Assembly (NCBI RefSeq): GCF_009914755.1
Contig: NC_060938.1
Length of the DNA stretch: 64,000 bases
Strand: one strand, 5' to 3'
Source: the human T2T-CHM13v2.0 reference genome, Homo sapiens
Every line of letters begins with the position of its first letter. Positions within the stretch are counted from its first letter, which is position 1. Below, in pieces: positions 29,301-44,300 of this stretch. The notes beneath the pieces were generated by a model. It was not told the origin of the DNA and ran no database searches. It was given only the letters and a program-made list of their open reading frames with translations. The position numbers and the translations under genes are program-made.

Positions 29301-32300
29301 CAAAAAGTGTTTTTCAGAACTGCTCTATCAAAAGAAAGATCCACCTCTGTTAGCTGAGTTCACACATCACAAACAAGTTTATGAGAATGCTTCTGTCTAG
29401 TTTTTATTTGAAGATATTTCCTTTCTCACCATAGAGCTGAAAGCTGTCCTAATGTTCACTTCCAGATACTACAGAAAGAGTGTTTCAAAACTGCTGTACG
29501 AAAGGGAATGTTCAACTCTGTGACTTGAATACACACATCACAAAGAAGTTTCTGAGGATGCTGCTGTCTACTTTTTATACGTAATCCCGTTTCCAACGAA
29601 GTCCTCCAAGCTATCCAAATATCCACTTGCAGATTCCACAGAAAGGCTGTTTCAAAACTGCTCTGTCAATAGAAAGGTTCAACTCTGTTAGCTGCGTGCA
29701 TATATCCCAAAGAAGATTCTGAGATTGCTTCTGTCTAGTTTTTATGGGAAGATATTTCCCTTTTCACCGTAGGTGTCAAGGCGCTCCAAATGTCCACTTC
29801 CAGATACTACAAAAAGAGTGTTTCAAACCTACTCTGTGAAAGGGAATATTCAACTCTGTGACTTGAATGCACATATCACAAAGAAGTTTCTGAGAATGCT
29901 TCTGTCGAGATTTTATATGAAGATATTCCCGTTTCCAACGAAATCCTGAAATGTATCCAAATATCCCCTCGCAGATTCTACAAAAAGAGTGTTTCAAAAC
30001 TGCTCTGTAAAAAGAAAGGTTCAACTCTGTTAGTTGAGTACACACATCACAAATAAGTTTCACACAATGCTTCTTTCTAGCTTGTAGGGGAAGATATTCC
30101 CTTTATCACCATGGGCCTCAAACCGTCTGAAACGTCCACTTCCATATACTACAAAAAGAGCATTTCAAACCTGCTCTATGAAAGGCAATGTTCAACTCTG
30201 TGACTTGAATGCAGACATCACAGAGCAGTTTCTGAGAATGCTTCTGTCTAGATTTTATAGGAAGATATTCCCGTTTCCAACGAAATCTTCACAGCTATCC
30301 AAATATCCACTTGCAGATTCTACAAAAAGAGTGTATCAAAACTGCTCTGTCAAAAGGAAGGTTCTTCTCTGTTAGGTGAGTGCATACGTCATAAAGGAGT
30401 TTCTGAGAATGTTTCTGTCTAGTGGTTATGGGAAGATATTTGCTTTTTCCCCGTAGGCCTCAGGGCGCTCCAAATGTCCACTTGCACATGCTACAAAAAG
30501 AGTGCTTCAAAGCTGCTCTCTGAAAGGGAATGTTCAACTCTATGAGTTGAATGCAAACATCACAAAGACGTTTCTGAGAATGCTTCTGTCTAGATTTGAT
30601 ATGAAGATCTTCCCGTTTCCAACGAAATCTTCAAATCTATCCAAATGTCCACTTGCAGATTCAACAAAAAGTGTTTTTCAGAACTGCTCTATCAAAAGAA
30701 AGATCCACCTCTGTTAGCTGAGTTCAGACATCACAAACAAGTTTATGAGAATGCTTCTGTCTAGTTTTTATTTGAAGATATTTCCTTTCTCACCATAGAC
30801 CTGAAAGCTGTCCTAATGTTCACTTCCAGTTACTACAGAAAGAGTGTTTCAAAACTGCTGTACGAAAGGGAATGTTCAACTCTGTGACTTGAATGCACAC
30901 ATCACAAAGAAGTTTCTGAGGATGCTGCTGTCTACTTTTTATACTTAATCCCGTTTCCAACGAAATCCTCCAAGCTATCGAAATATCCACTTGCAGATTC
31001 CACAGAAAGACTGTTTCAAAACTGCTCTGTCAATAGAAAGGTTCAACTCTGTTAGCTGCGTGCATATATCCCAAAGAAGATTCTGAGATTGCTTCTGTCT
31101 AGTTTTTATGGGAAGATATTTCCCTTTTCACCGTAGGCATCCAGGCGCTCCAAATGTCCACTTCCAGATACTACAAAAAGAGTGTTTCAAACCTACTCTG
31201 TGAAAGGGAATATTCAACTCTGTGACTTGAATGCACATATCACAAGGAAGTTTCTGAGAATGCTTCTGTCGAGATTTTATATGAAGATATTCCCGTTTCC
31301 AACGAAATCCTGAAATCTATCCAAATATCCCCTCGCAGATTCTACAAAAAGAGTGTTTCAAAACTGCTCTGTAAAAAGGAAGGTTCAACTCTGTTAGTTG
31401 AGTACACACATCACAAACAAGTTTCACAGAATGCTTCTTTCTAGCTTGTAGGGGAAGATATTCCCTTTATCACCATGGGCCTCCAACCGTCCGATAAGTC
31501 CACTTCCATATACTACAAAAAGAGCGTTTCAAACCTGCTCTATGAAAGGCAATGTTCAACTCTGTGACTTGAATGCAGACATCACAGAGCAGTTTCTGAG
31601 AATGCTTCTGTCTAGATTTTATAGGAAGATATTCCCGTTTCCAACGAAATCTTCACAGCTATCCAAATATCCACTTGCAGATTCTACAAAAAAAGTGTAT
31701 CAAAACTGCTCTGTCAAAAGGAAGGTTCTTCTCTGTTAGGTGAGTGCATACGTCATAAAGGAGTTTCTGAGAATGTTTCTGTCTAGTGGTTATGGGAAGA
31801 TATTTGCTTTTTCACCGTAGGCCTCAGAGCGCTCCAAATATCCACTTGCACATACTACAAAAAGAGTGCTTCAAAGCTGGTCTCTGAAACGGAATGTTCA
31901 ACTCTATGAGTTGAATGCAAACATCACAAAGACGTTTCTGAGAATGCTTCTGTCTAGATTTGATATGAAGATATTCCCGTTTCCAACGAAATCTTCAAAT
32001 CTATCCAAATGTCCACTTGCAGATTCAACAAAAAGTGTTTTTCAGAACTGCTCTATCAAAAGAAAGATCCACCTCTGTTAGCTGAGTTCACACATCACAA
32101 ACAAGTTTATGAGAATGCTTCTGTCTAGTTTTTATTTGAAGATATTTCCTTTCTCACCATAGAGCTGAAAGCTGTCCTAATGTTCACTTCCAGATACTAC
32201 AGAAAGAGTGTTTCAAAACTGCTGTACGAAAGGGAATGTTCAACTCTGTGACTTGAATGCACACATCACAAAGAAGTTTCTGAGGATGCTGCTGTCTACT

Positions 32301-35300
32301 TTTTATACGTAATCCCGTTTCCAACGAAATCCTCCAAGCTATCCAAATATCCACTTGCAGATTCCACAGAAAGACTGTTTCAAAACTGCTCTGTCAATAG
32401 AAAGGTTCAACTCTGTTAGCTGCGTGCATATATCCCAAAGAAGATTCTGAGATTGCTTCTGTCTAGTTTTTATTGGAAGATATTTCCCTTTTCACCGTAG
32501 GTGTCAAGGCGCTCCAAATGTCCACTTCCAGATACTACAAAAAGAGTGTTTCAAACCTACTCTGTGAAAGGGAATATTCAACTCTGTGACTTGAATGCAC
32601 ATATCACAAAGTAGTTTCTGAGAATGCTTCTGTCGAGATTTTATATGAAGATATTCCCGTTTCCAACGAAATCCTGAAATGTATCCAAATATCCCCTCGC
32701 AGATTCTACAAAAAGAGTGTTTCAAAACTGCTCTGTAAAAAGAAAGGTTCAACTCTGTTAGTTGAGTACACACATCACAAATAAGTTTCACACAATGCTT
32801 CTTTCTAGCTTGTAGGGGAAGATATTCCCTTTATCACCATGGGCCTCAAACCGTCTGAAACGTCCACTTCCATATACTACAAAAAGAGCATTTCAAACCT
32901 GCTGTATGAAAGGCAATGTTCAACTCTGTGACTTGAATGCAGACATCACAGAGCAGTTTCTGAGAATGCTTCTGTCTAGATTTTATAGGAAGATATTCCC
33001 GTTTCCAACGAAATCTTCACAGCTATCCAAATATCCACTTGCAGATTCTACAAAAAGAGTGTATCAAAACTGCTCTGTCAAAAGGAAGGTTCTTCTCTGT
33101 TAGGTGAGTGCATACGTCATAAAGGAGTTTCTGAGAATGTTTCTGTCTAGTGGTTATGGGAAGATATTTGCTTTTTCCCCGTAGGCCTCAGGGCGCTCCA
33201 AATGTCCACTTGCACATGCTACAAAAAGAGTGCTTCAAAGCTGCTCTCTGAAAGGGAATGTTCAACTCTATGAGTTGAATGCAAACATCACAAAGACGTT
33301 TCTGAGAATGCTTCTGTCTAGATTTGATATGAAGATATTCCCGTTTCCAACGAAATCTTCAAATCTATCCAAATGTCCACTTGCAGATTCAACAAAAAGT
33401 GTTTTTCAGAACTGCTCTATCAAAAGAAAGATCCACCTCTGTTAGCTGAGTTCAGACATCACAAACAAGTTTATGAGAATGCTTCTGTCTAGTTTTTATT
33501 TGAAGATATTTCCTTTCTCACCATAGACCTGAAAGCTGTCCTAATGTTCACTTCCAGTTACTACAGAAAGAGTGTTTCAAAACTGCTGTACGAAAGGGAA
33601 TGTTCAACTCTGTGACTTGAATGCACACATCACAAAGAAGTTTCTGAGGATGCTGCTGTCTACTTTTTATACTTAATCCCGTTTCCAACGAAATCCTCCA
33701 AGCTATCCAAATATCCACTTGCAGATTCCACAGAAAGACTGTTTCAAAACTGCTCTGTCAATAGAAAGGTTCAACTCTGTTAGCTGCGTGCATATATCCC
33801 AAAGAAGATTCTGAGATTGCTTCTGTCTAGTTTTTATGGGAAGATATTTCCCTTTTCACCGTAGGCGTCCAGGCGCTCCAAATGTCCACTTCCAGATACT
33901 ACAAAAAGAGTGTTTCAAACCTACTCTGTGAAAGGGAATATTCAACTCTGTGACTTGAATGCACATATCACAAGGAAGTTTCTGAGAATGCTTCTGTCGA
34001 GATTTTATATGAAGATATTCCCGTTTCCAACGAAATCCTGAAATGTATCCAAATATCCCCTCGCAGATTCTACAAAAAGAGTGTTTCAAAACTGCTCTGT
34101 AAAAAGGAAGGTTCAACTCTGTTAGTTGAGTACACACATCACAAACAAGTTTCACAGAATGCTTCTTTCTAGCTTGTAGGGGAAGATATTCCCTTTATCA
34201 CCATGGGCCTCCAACCGTCCGATAAGTCCACTTCCATATACTACAAAAAGAGCGTTTCAAACCTGCTCTATGAAAGGCAATGTTCAACTCTGTGACTTGA
34301 ATGCAGACATCACAGAGCAGTTTCTGAGAATGCTTCTGTCTAGATTTTATAGGAAGATATTCCCGTTTCCAACGAAATCTTCACAGCTATCCAAATATCC
34401 ACTTGCAGATTCTACAAAAAGAGTGTATCAAAACTGCTCTGTCAAAAGGAAGGTTCTTCTCTGTTAGGTGAGTGCATACGTCATAAAGGAGTTTCTGAGA
34501 ATGTTTCTGTCTAGTGGTTATGGGAAGATATTTGCTTTTTCACCGTAGGCCTCAGAGCGCTCCAAATATCCACTTGCACATACTACAAAAAGAGTGCTTC
34601 AAAGCTGCTCTCTGAAACGGAATGTTCAACTCTATGAGTTGAATGCAAACATCACAAAGACGTTTCTGAGAATGCTTCTGTCTAGATTTGATATGAAGAT
34701 ATTCCCGTTTCCAACGAAATCTTCAAATCTATCCAAATGTCCACTTGCAGATTCAACAAAAAGTGTTTTTCAGAACTGCTCTATCAAAAGAAAGATCCAC
34801 CTCTGTTAGCTGAGTTCACACATCACAAACAAGTTTATGAGAATGCTTCTGTCTAGTTTTTATTTGAAGATATTTCCTTTCTCACCATAGAGCTGAAAGC
34901 TGTCCTAATGTTCACTTCCAGATACTACAGAAAGAGTGTTTCAAAACTGCTGTACGAAAGGGAATGTTCAACTCTGTGACTTGAATACACACATCACAAA
35001 GAAGTTTCTGAGGATGCTGCTGTCTACTTTTTATACTTAATCCCGTTTCCAACGAAGTCCTCCAAGCTATCCAAATATCCACTTGCAGATTCCACAGAAA
35101 GGCTGTTTCAAAACTGCTCTGTCAATAGAAAGGTTCAACTCTGTTAGCTGCGTGCATATATCCCAAAGAAGATTCTGAGATTGCTTCTGTCTAGTTTTTA
35201 TGGGAAGATATTTCCCTTTTCACCGTAGGTGTCAAGGCGCTCCAAATGTCCACTTCCAGATACTACAAAAAGAGTGTTTCAAACCTACTCTGTGAAAGGG

Positions 35301-38300
35301 AATATTCAACTCTGTGACTTGAATGCACATATCACAAAGAAGTTTCTGAGAATGCTTCTGTCGAGATTTTATATGAAGATATTCCCGTTTCCAACGAAAT
35401 CCTGAAATGTATCCAAATATCCCCTCGCAGATTCTACAAAAAGAGTGTTTCAAAACTGCTCTGTAAAAAGAAAGGTTCAACTCTGTTAGTTGAGTACACA
35501 CATCACAAATAAGTTTCACACAATGCTTCTTTCTAGCTTGTAGGGGAAGATATTCCCTTTATCACCATGGGCCTCAAACCGTCTGAAACGTCCACTTCCA
35601 TATACTACAAAAAGAGCATTTCAAACCTGCTCTATGAAAGGCAATGTTCAACTCTGTGACTTGAATGCAGACATCACAGAGCAGTTTCTGAGAATGCTTC
35701 TGTCTAGATTTTATAGGAAGATATTCCCGTTTCCAACGAAATCTTCACAGCTATCCAAATATCCACTTGCAGATTCTACAAAAAGAGTGTATCAAAACTG
35801 CTCTGTCAAAAGGAAGGTTCTTCTCTGTTAGGTGAGTGCATACGTCATAAAGGAGTTTCTGAGAATGTTTCTGTCTAGTGGTTATGGGAAGATATTTGCT
35901 TTTTCCCCGTAGGCCTCAGGGCGCTCCAAATGTCCACTTGCACATGCTACAAAAAGAGTGCTTCAAAGCTGCTCTCTGAAAGGGAATGTTCAACTCTATG
36001 AGTTGAATGCAAACATCACAAAGACGTTTCTGAGAATGCTTCTGTCTAGATTTGATATGAAGATCTTCCCGTTTCCAACGAAATCTTCAAATCTATCCAA
36101 ATGTCCACTTGCAGATTCAACAAAAAGTGTTTTTCAGAACTGCTCTATCAAAAGAAAGATCCACCTCTGTTAGCTGAGTTCAGACATCACAAACAAGTTT
36201 ATGAGAATGCTTCTGTCTAGTTTTTATTTGAAGATATTTCCTTTCTCACCATAGACCTGAAAGCTGTCCTAATGTTCACTTCCAGTTACTACAGAAAGAG
36301 TGTTTCAAAACTGCTGTACGAAAGGGAATGTTCAACTCTGTGACTTGAATGCACACATCACAAAGAAGTTTCTGAGGATGCTGCTGTCTACTTTTTATAC
36401 TTAATCCCGTTTCCAACGAAATCCTCCAAGCTATCGAAATATCCACTTGCAGATTCCACAGAAAGACTGTTTCAAAACTGCTCTGTCAATAGAAAGGTTC
36501 AACTCTGTTAGCTGCGTGCATATATCCCAAAGAAGATTCTGAGATTGCTTCTGTCTAGTTTTTATGGGAAGATATTTCCCTTTTCACCGTAGGCGTCCAG
36601 GCGCTCCAAATGTCCACTTCCAGATACTACAAAAAGAGTGTTTCAAACCTACTCTGTGAAAGGGAATATTCAACTCTGTGACTTGAATGCACATATCACA
36701 AGGAAGTTTCTGAGAATGCTTCTGTCGAGATTTTATATGAAGATATTCCCGTTTCCAACGAAATCCTGAAATCTATCCAAATATCCCCTCGCAGATTCTA
36801 CAAAAAGAGTGTTTCAAAACTGCTCTGTAAAAAGGAAGGTTCAACTCTGTTAGTTGAGTACACACATCACAAACAAGTTTCACAGAATGCTTCTTTCTAG
36901 CTTGTAGGGGAAGATATTCCCTTTATCACCATGGGCCTCCAACCGTCCGATAAGTCCACTTCCATATACTACAAAAAGAGCGTTTCAAACCTGCTCTATG
37001 AAAGGCAATGTTCAACTCTGTGACTTGAATGCAGACATCACAGAGCAGTTTCTGAGAATGCTTCTGTCTAGATTTTATAGGAAGATATTCCCGTTTCCAA
37101 CGAAATCTTCACAGCTATCCAAATATCCACTTGCAGATTCTACAAAAAGAGTGTATCAAAACTGCTCTGTCAAAAGGAAGGTTCTTCTCTGTTAGGTGAG
37201 TGCATACGTCATAAAGGAGTTTCTGAGAATGTTTCTGTCTAGTGGTTATGGGAAGATATTTGCTTTTTCACCGTAGGCCTCAGAGCGCTCCAAATATCCA
37301 CTTGCACATACTACAAAAAGAGTGCTTCAAAGCTGCTCTCTGAAACGGAATGTTCAACTCTATGAGTTGAATGCAAACATCACAAAGACGTTTCTGAGAA
37401 TGCTTCTGTCTAGATTTGATATGAAGATATTCCCGTTTCCAACGAAATCTTCAAATCTATCCAAATGTCCACTTGCAGATTCAACAAAAAGTGTTTTTCA
37501 GAACTGCTCTATCAAAAGAAAGATCCACCTCTGTTAGCTGAGTTCACACATCACAAACAAGTTTATGAGAATGCTTCTGTCTAGTTTTTATTTGAAGATA
37601 TTTCCTTTCTCACCATAGAGCTGAAAGCTGTCCTAATGTTCACTTCCAGATACTACAGAAAGAGTGTTTCAAAACTGCTGTACGAAAGGGAATGTTCAAC
37701 TCTGTGACTTGAATGCACACATCACAAAGAAGTTTCTGAGGATGCTGCTGTCTACTTTTTATACGTAATCCCGTTTCCAACGAAATCCTCCAAGCTATCC
37801 AAATATCCACTTGCAGATTCCACAGAAAGACTGTTTCAAAACTGCTCTGTCAATAGAAAGGTTCAACTCTGTTAGCTGCGTGCATATATCCCAAAGAAGA
37901 TTCTGAGATTGCTTCTGTCTAGTTTTTATGGGAAGATATTTCCCTTTTCACCGTAGGCGTCCAGGCGCTCCAAATCTCCACTTCCAGATACTACAAAAAC
38001 AGTGTTTCAAACCTACTCTGTGAAAGGGAATATTCAACTCTGTGACTTGAATGCACATATCACAAGGAAGTTTCTGAGAATGCTTCTGTCGAGATTTTAT
38101 ATGAAGATATTCCCGTTTCCAACGAAATCCTGAAATCTATCCAAATATCCCCTCGCAGATTCTACAAAAAGAGTGTTTCAAAACTGCTCTGTAAAAAGGA
38201 AGGTTCAACTCTGTTAGTTGAGTACACACATCACAAACAAGTTTCACAGAATGCTTCTTTCTAGCTTGTAGGGGAAGATATTCCCTTTATCACCATGGGC

Positions 38301-41300
38301 CTCCAACCGTCCGATAAGTCCACTTCCATATACTACAAAAAGAGCGTTTCAAACCTGCTCTATGAAAGGCAATGTTCAACTCTGTGACTTGAATGCAGAC
38401 ATCACAGAGCAGTTTCTGAGAATGCTTCTGTCTAGATTTTATAGGAAGATATTCCCGTTTCCAACGAAATCTTCACAGCTATCCAAATATCCACTTGCAG
38501 ATTCTACAAAAAGAGTGTATCAAAACTGCTCTGTCAAAAGGAAGGTTCTTCTCTGTTAGGTGAGTGCATACGTCATAAAGGAGTTTCTGAGAATGTTTCT
38601 GTCTAGTGGTTATGGGAAGATATTTGCTTTTTCACCGTAGGCCTCAGAGCGCTCCAAATATCCACTTGCACATACTACAAAAAGAGTGCTTCAAAGCTGC
38701 TCTCTGAAACGGAATGTTCAACTCTATGAGTTGAATGCAAACATCACAAAGACGTTTCTGAGAATGCTTCTGTCTAGATTTGATATGAAGATATTCCCGT
38801 TTCCAACGAAATCTTCAAATCTATCCAAATGTCCACTTGCAGATTCAACAAAAAGTGTTTTTCAGAACTGCTCTATCAAAAGAAAGATCCACCTCTGTTA
38901 GCTGAGTTCACACATCACAAACAAGTTTATGAGAATGCTTCTGTCTAGTTTTTATTTGAAGATATTTCCTTTCTCACCATAGAGCTGAAAGCTGTCCTAA
39001 TGTTCACTTCCAGATACTACAGAAAGAGTGTTTCAAAACTGCTGTACGAAAGGGAATGTTCAACTCTGTGACTTGAATACACACATCACAAAGAAGTTTC
39101 TGAGGATGCTGCTGTCTACTTTTTATACTTAATCCCGTTTCCAACGAAGTCCTCCAAGCTATCCAAATATCCACTTGCAGATTCCACAGAAAGGCTGTTT
39201 CAAAACTGCTCTGTCAATAGAAAGGTTCAACTCTGTTAGCTGCGTGCATATATCCCAAAGAAGATTCTGAGATTGCTTCTGTCTAGTTTTTATGGGAAGA
39301 TATTTCCCTTTTCACCGTAGGTGTCAAGGCGCTCCAAATGTCCACTTCCAGATACTACAAAAAGAGTGTTTCAAACCTACTCTGTGAAAGGGAATATTCA
39401 ACTCTGTGACTTGAATGCACATATCACAAAGAAGTTTCTGAGAATGCTTCTGTCGAGATTTTATATGAAGATATTCCCGTTTCCAACGAAATCCTGAAAT
39501 GTATCCAAATATCCCCTCGCAGATTCTACAAAAAGAGTGTTTCAAAACTGCTCTGTAAAAAGAAAGGTTCAACTCTGTTAGTTGAGTACACACATCACAA
39601 ATAAGTTTCACACAATGCTTCTTTCTAGCTTGTAGGGGAAGATATTCCCTTTATCACCATGGGCCTCAAACCGTCTGAAACGTCCACTTCCATATACTAC
39701 AAAAAGAGCATTTCAAACCTGCTCTATGAAAGGCAATGTTCAACTCTGTGACTTGAATGCAGACATCACAGAGCAGTTTCTGAGAATGCTTCTTTCTAGA
39801 TTTTATAGGAAGATATTCCCGTTTCCAACGAAATCTTCACAGCTATCCAAATATCCACTTGCAGATTCTACAAAAAGAGTGTATCAAAACTGCTCTGTCA
39901 AAAGGAAGGTTCTTCTCTGTTAGGTGAGTGCATACGTCATAAAGGAGTTTCTGAGAATGTTTCTGTCTAGTGGTTATGGGAAGATATTTGCTTTTTCCCC
40001 GTAGGCCTCAGGGCGCTCCAAATGTCCACTTGCACATGCTACAAAAAGAGTGCTTCAAAGCTGCTCTCTGAAAGGGAATGTTCAACTCTATGAGTTGAAT
40101 GCAAACATCACAAAGACGTTTCTGAGAATGCTTCTGTCTAGATTTGATATGAAGATCTTCCCGTTTCCAACGAAATCTTCAAATCTATCCAAATGTCCAC
40201 TTGCAGATTCAACAAAAAGTGTTTTTCAGAACTGCTCTATCAAAAGAAAGATCCACCTCTGTTAGCTGAGTTCAGACATCACAAACAAGTTTATGAGAAT
40301 GCTTCTGTCTAGTTTTTATTTGAAGATATTTCCTTTCTCACCATAGACCTGAAAGCTGTCCTAATGTTCACTTCCAGTTACTACAGAAAGAGTGTTTCAA
40401 AACTGCTGTACGAAAGGGAATGTTCAACTCTGTGACTTGAATGCACACATCACAAAGAAGTTTCTGAGGATGCTGCTGTCTACTTTTTATACTTAATCCC
40501 GTTTCCAACGAAATCCTCCAAGCTATCGAAATATCCACTTGCAGATTCCACAGAAAGACTGTTTCAAAACTGCTCTGTCAATAGAAAGGTTCAACTCTGT
40601 TAGCTGCGTGCATATATCCCAAAGAAGATTCTGAGATTGCTTCTGTCTAGTTTTTATGGGAAGATATTTCCCTTTTCACCGTAGGCGTCCAGGCGCTCCA
40701 AATGTCCACTTCCAGATACTACAAAAAGAGTGTTTCAAACCTACTCTGTGAAAGGGAATATTCAACTCTGTGACTTGAATGCACATATCACAAGGAAGTT
40801 TTTGAGAATGCTTCTGTCGAGATTTTATATGAAGATATTCCCGTTTCCAACGAAATCCTGAAATCTATCCAAATATCCCCTCGCAGATTCTACAAAAAGA
40901 GTGTTTCAAAACTGCTCTGTAAAAAGGAAGGTTCAACTCTGTTAGTTGAGTACACACATCACAAACAAGTTTCACAGAATGCTTCTTTCTAGCTTGTAGG
41001 GGAAGATATTCCCTTTATCACCATGGGCCTCCAACCGTCCGATAAGTCCACTTCCATATACTACAAAAAGAGCGTTTCAAACCTGCTCTATGAAAGGCAA
41101 TGTTCAACTCTGTGACTTGAATGCAGACATCACAGAGCAGTTTCTGAGAATGCTTCTGTCTAGATTTTATAGGAAGATATTCCCGTTTCCAACGAAATCT
41201 TCACAGCTATCCAAATATCCACTTGCAGATTCTACAAAAAGAGTGTATCAAAACTGCTCTGTCAAAAGGAAGGTTCTTCTCTGTTAGGTGAGTGCATACG

Positions 41301-44300
41301 TCATAAAGGAGTTTCTGAGAATGTTTCTGTCTAGTGGTTATGGGAAGATATTTGCTTTTTCACCGTAGGCCTCAGAGCGCTCCAAATATCCACTTGCACA
41401 TACTACAAAAAGAGTGCTTCAAAGCTGCTCTCTGAAACGGAATGTTCAACTCTATGAGTTGAATGCAAACATCACAAAGACGTTTCTGAGAATGCTTCTG
41501 TCTAGATTTGATATGAAGATATTCCCGTTTCCAACGAAATCTTCAAATCTATCCAAATGTCCACTTGCAGATTCAACAAAAAGTGTTTTTCAGAACTGCT
41601 CTATCAAAAGAAAGATCCACCTCTGTTAGCTGAGTTCACACATCACAAAGAAGTTTATGAGAATGCTTCTGTCTAGTTTTTATTTGAAGATATTTCCTTT
41701 CTCACCATAGAGCTGAAAGCTGTCCTAATGTTCACTTCCAGATACTACAGAAAGAGTGTTTCAAAACTGCTGTACGAAAGGGAATGTTCAACTCTGTGAC
41801 TTGAATACACACATCACAAAGAAGTTTCTGAGGATGCTGCTGTCTAGTTTTTATACGTAATCCCGTTTCCAACGAAATCCTCCAAGCTATCCAAATATCC
41901 ACTTGCAGATTCCACAGAAAGGCTGTTTCAAAACTGCTCTGTCAATAGAAAGGTTCAACTCTGTTAGCTGCGTGCATATATCCCAAAGAAGATTCTGAGA
42001 TTGCTTCTGTCTAGTTTTTATGGGAAGATATTTCCCTTTTCACCGTAGGTGTCAAGGCGCTCCAAATGTCCACTTCCAGATACTACAAAAAGAGTGTTTC
42101 AAACCTACTCTGTGAAAGGGAATATTCAACTCTGTGACTTCAATGCACATATCACAAAGAAGTTTCTGAGAATGCTTCTGTCGAGATTTTATATGAAGAT
42201 ATTCCCGTTTCCAACGAAATCCTGAAATGTATCCAAATATCCCCTCGCAGATTCTACAAAAAGAGTGTTTCAAAACTGCTCTGTAAAAAGAAAGGTTCAA
42301 CTCTGTTAGTTGAGTACACACATCACAAATAAGTTTCACACAATGCTTCTTTCTAGCTTGTAGGGGAAGATATTCCCTTTATCACCATGGGCCTCAAACC
42401 GTCTGAAACGTCCACTTCCATATACTACAAAAAGAGCATTTCAAACCTGCTCTATGAAAGGCAATGTTCAACTCTGTGACTTGAATGCAGACATCACAGA
42501 GCAGTTTCTGAGAATGCTTCTGTCTAGATTTTATAGGAAGATATTCCCGTTTCCAACGAAATCTTCACAGCTATCCAAATATCCACTTGCAGATTCTACA
42601 AAAAGAGTGTATCAAAACTGCTCTGTCAAAAGGAAGGTTCTTCTCTGTTAGGTGAGTGCATACGTCATAAAGGAGTTTCTGAGAATGTTTCTGTCTAGTG
42701 GTTATGGGAAGATATTTGCTTTTTCCCCGTAGGCCTCAGGGCGCTCCAAATGTCCACTTGCACATGCTACAAAAAGAGTGCTTCAAAGCTGCTCTCTGAA
42801 AGGGAATGTTCAACTCTATGAGTTGAATGCAAACATCACAAAGACGTTTCTGAGAATGCTTCTGTCTAGATTTGATATGAAGATCTTCCCGTTTCCAACG
42901 AAATCTTCAAATCTATCCAAATGTCCACTTGCAGATTCAACAAAAAGTGTTTTTCAGAACTGCTCTATCAAAAGAAAGATCCACCTCTGTTAGCTGAGTT
43001 CAGACATCACAAACAAGTTTATGAGAATGCTTCTGTCTAGTTTTTATTTGAAGATATTTCCTTTCTCACCATAGACCTGAAAGCTGTCCTAATGTTCACT
43101 TCCAGTTACTACAGAAAGAGTGTTTCAAAACTGCTGTACGAAAGGGAATGTTCAACTCTGTGACTTGAATGCACACATCACAAAGAAGTTTCTGAGGATG
43201 CTGCTGTCTACTTTTTATACTTAATCCCGTTTCCAACGAAATCCTCCAAGCTATCGAAATATCCACTTGCAGATTCCACAGAAAGACTGTTTCAAAACTG
43301 CTCTGTCAATAGAAAGGTTCAACTCTGTTAGCTGCGTGCATATATCCCAAAGAAGATTCTGAGATTGCTTCTGTCTAGTTTTTATGGGAAGATATTTCCC
43401 TTTTCACCGTAGGCGTCCAGGCGCTCCAAATGTCCACTTCCAGATACTACAAAAAGAGTGTTTCAAACCTACTCTGTGAAAGGGAATATTCAACTCTGTG
43501 ACTTGAATGCACATATCACAAGGAAGTTTCTGAGAATGCTTCTGTCGAGATTTTATATGAAGATATTCCCGTTTCCAACGAAATCCTGAAATCTATCCAA
43601 ATATCCCCTCGCAGATTCTACAAAAAGAGTGTTTCAAAACTGCTCTGTAAAAAGGAAGGTTCAACTCTGTTAGTTGAGTACACACATCACAAACAAGTTT
43701 CACAGAATGCTTCTTTCTAGCTTGTAGGGGAAGATATTCCCTTTATCACCATGGGCCTCCAACCGTCCGATAAGTCCACTTCCATATACTACAAAAAGAG
43801 CGTTTCAAACCTGCTCTATGAAAGGCAATGTTCAACTCTGTGACTTGAATGCAGACATCACAGAGCAGTTTCTGAGAATGCTTCTGTCTAGATTTTATAG
43901 GAAGATATTCCCGTTTCCAACGAAATCTTCACAGCTATCCAAATATCCACTTGCAGATTCTACAAAAAGAGTGTATCAAAACTGCTCTGTCAAAAGGAAG
44001 GTTCTTCTCTGTTAGGTGAGTGCATACGTCATAAAGGAGTTTCTGAGAATGTTTCTGTCTAGTGGTTATGGGAAGATATTTGCTTTTTCACCGTAGGCCT
44101 CAGAGCGCTCCAAATATCCACTTGCACATACTACAAAAAGAGTGCTTCAAAGCTGCTCTCTGAAACGGAATGTTCAACTCTATGAGTTGAATGCAAACAT
44201 CACAAAGACGTTTCTGAGAATGCTTCTGTCTAGATTTGATATGAAGATATTCCCGTTTCCAACGAAATCTTCAAATCTATCCAAATGTCCACTTGCAGAT

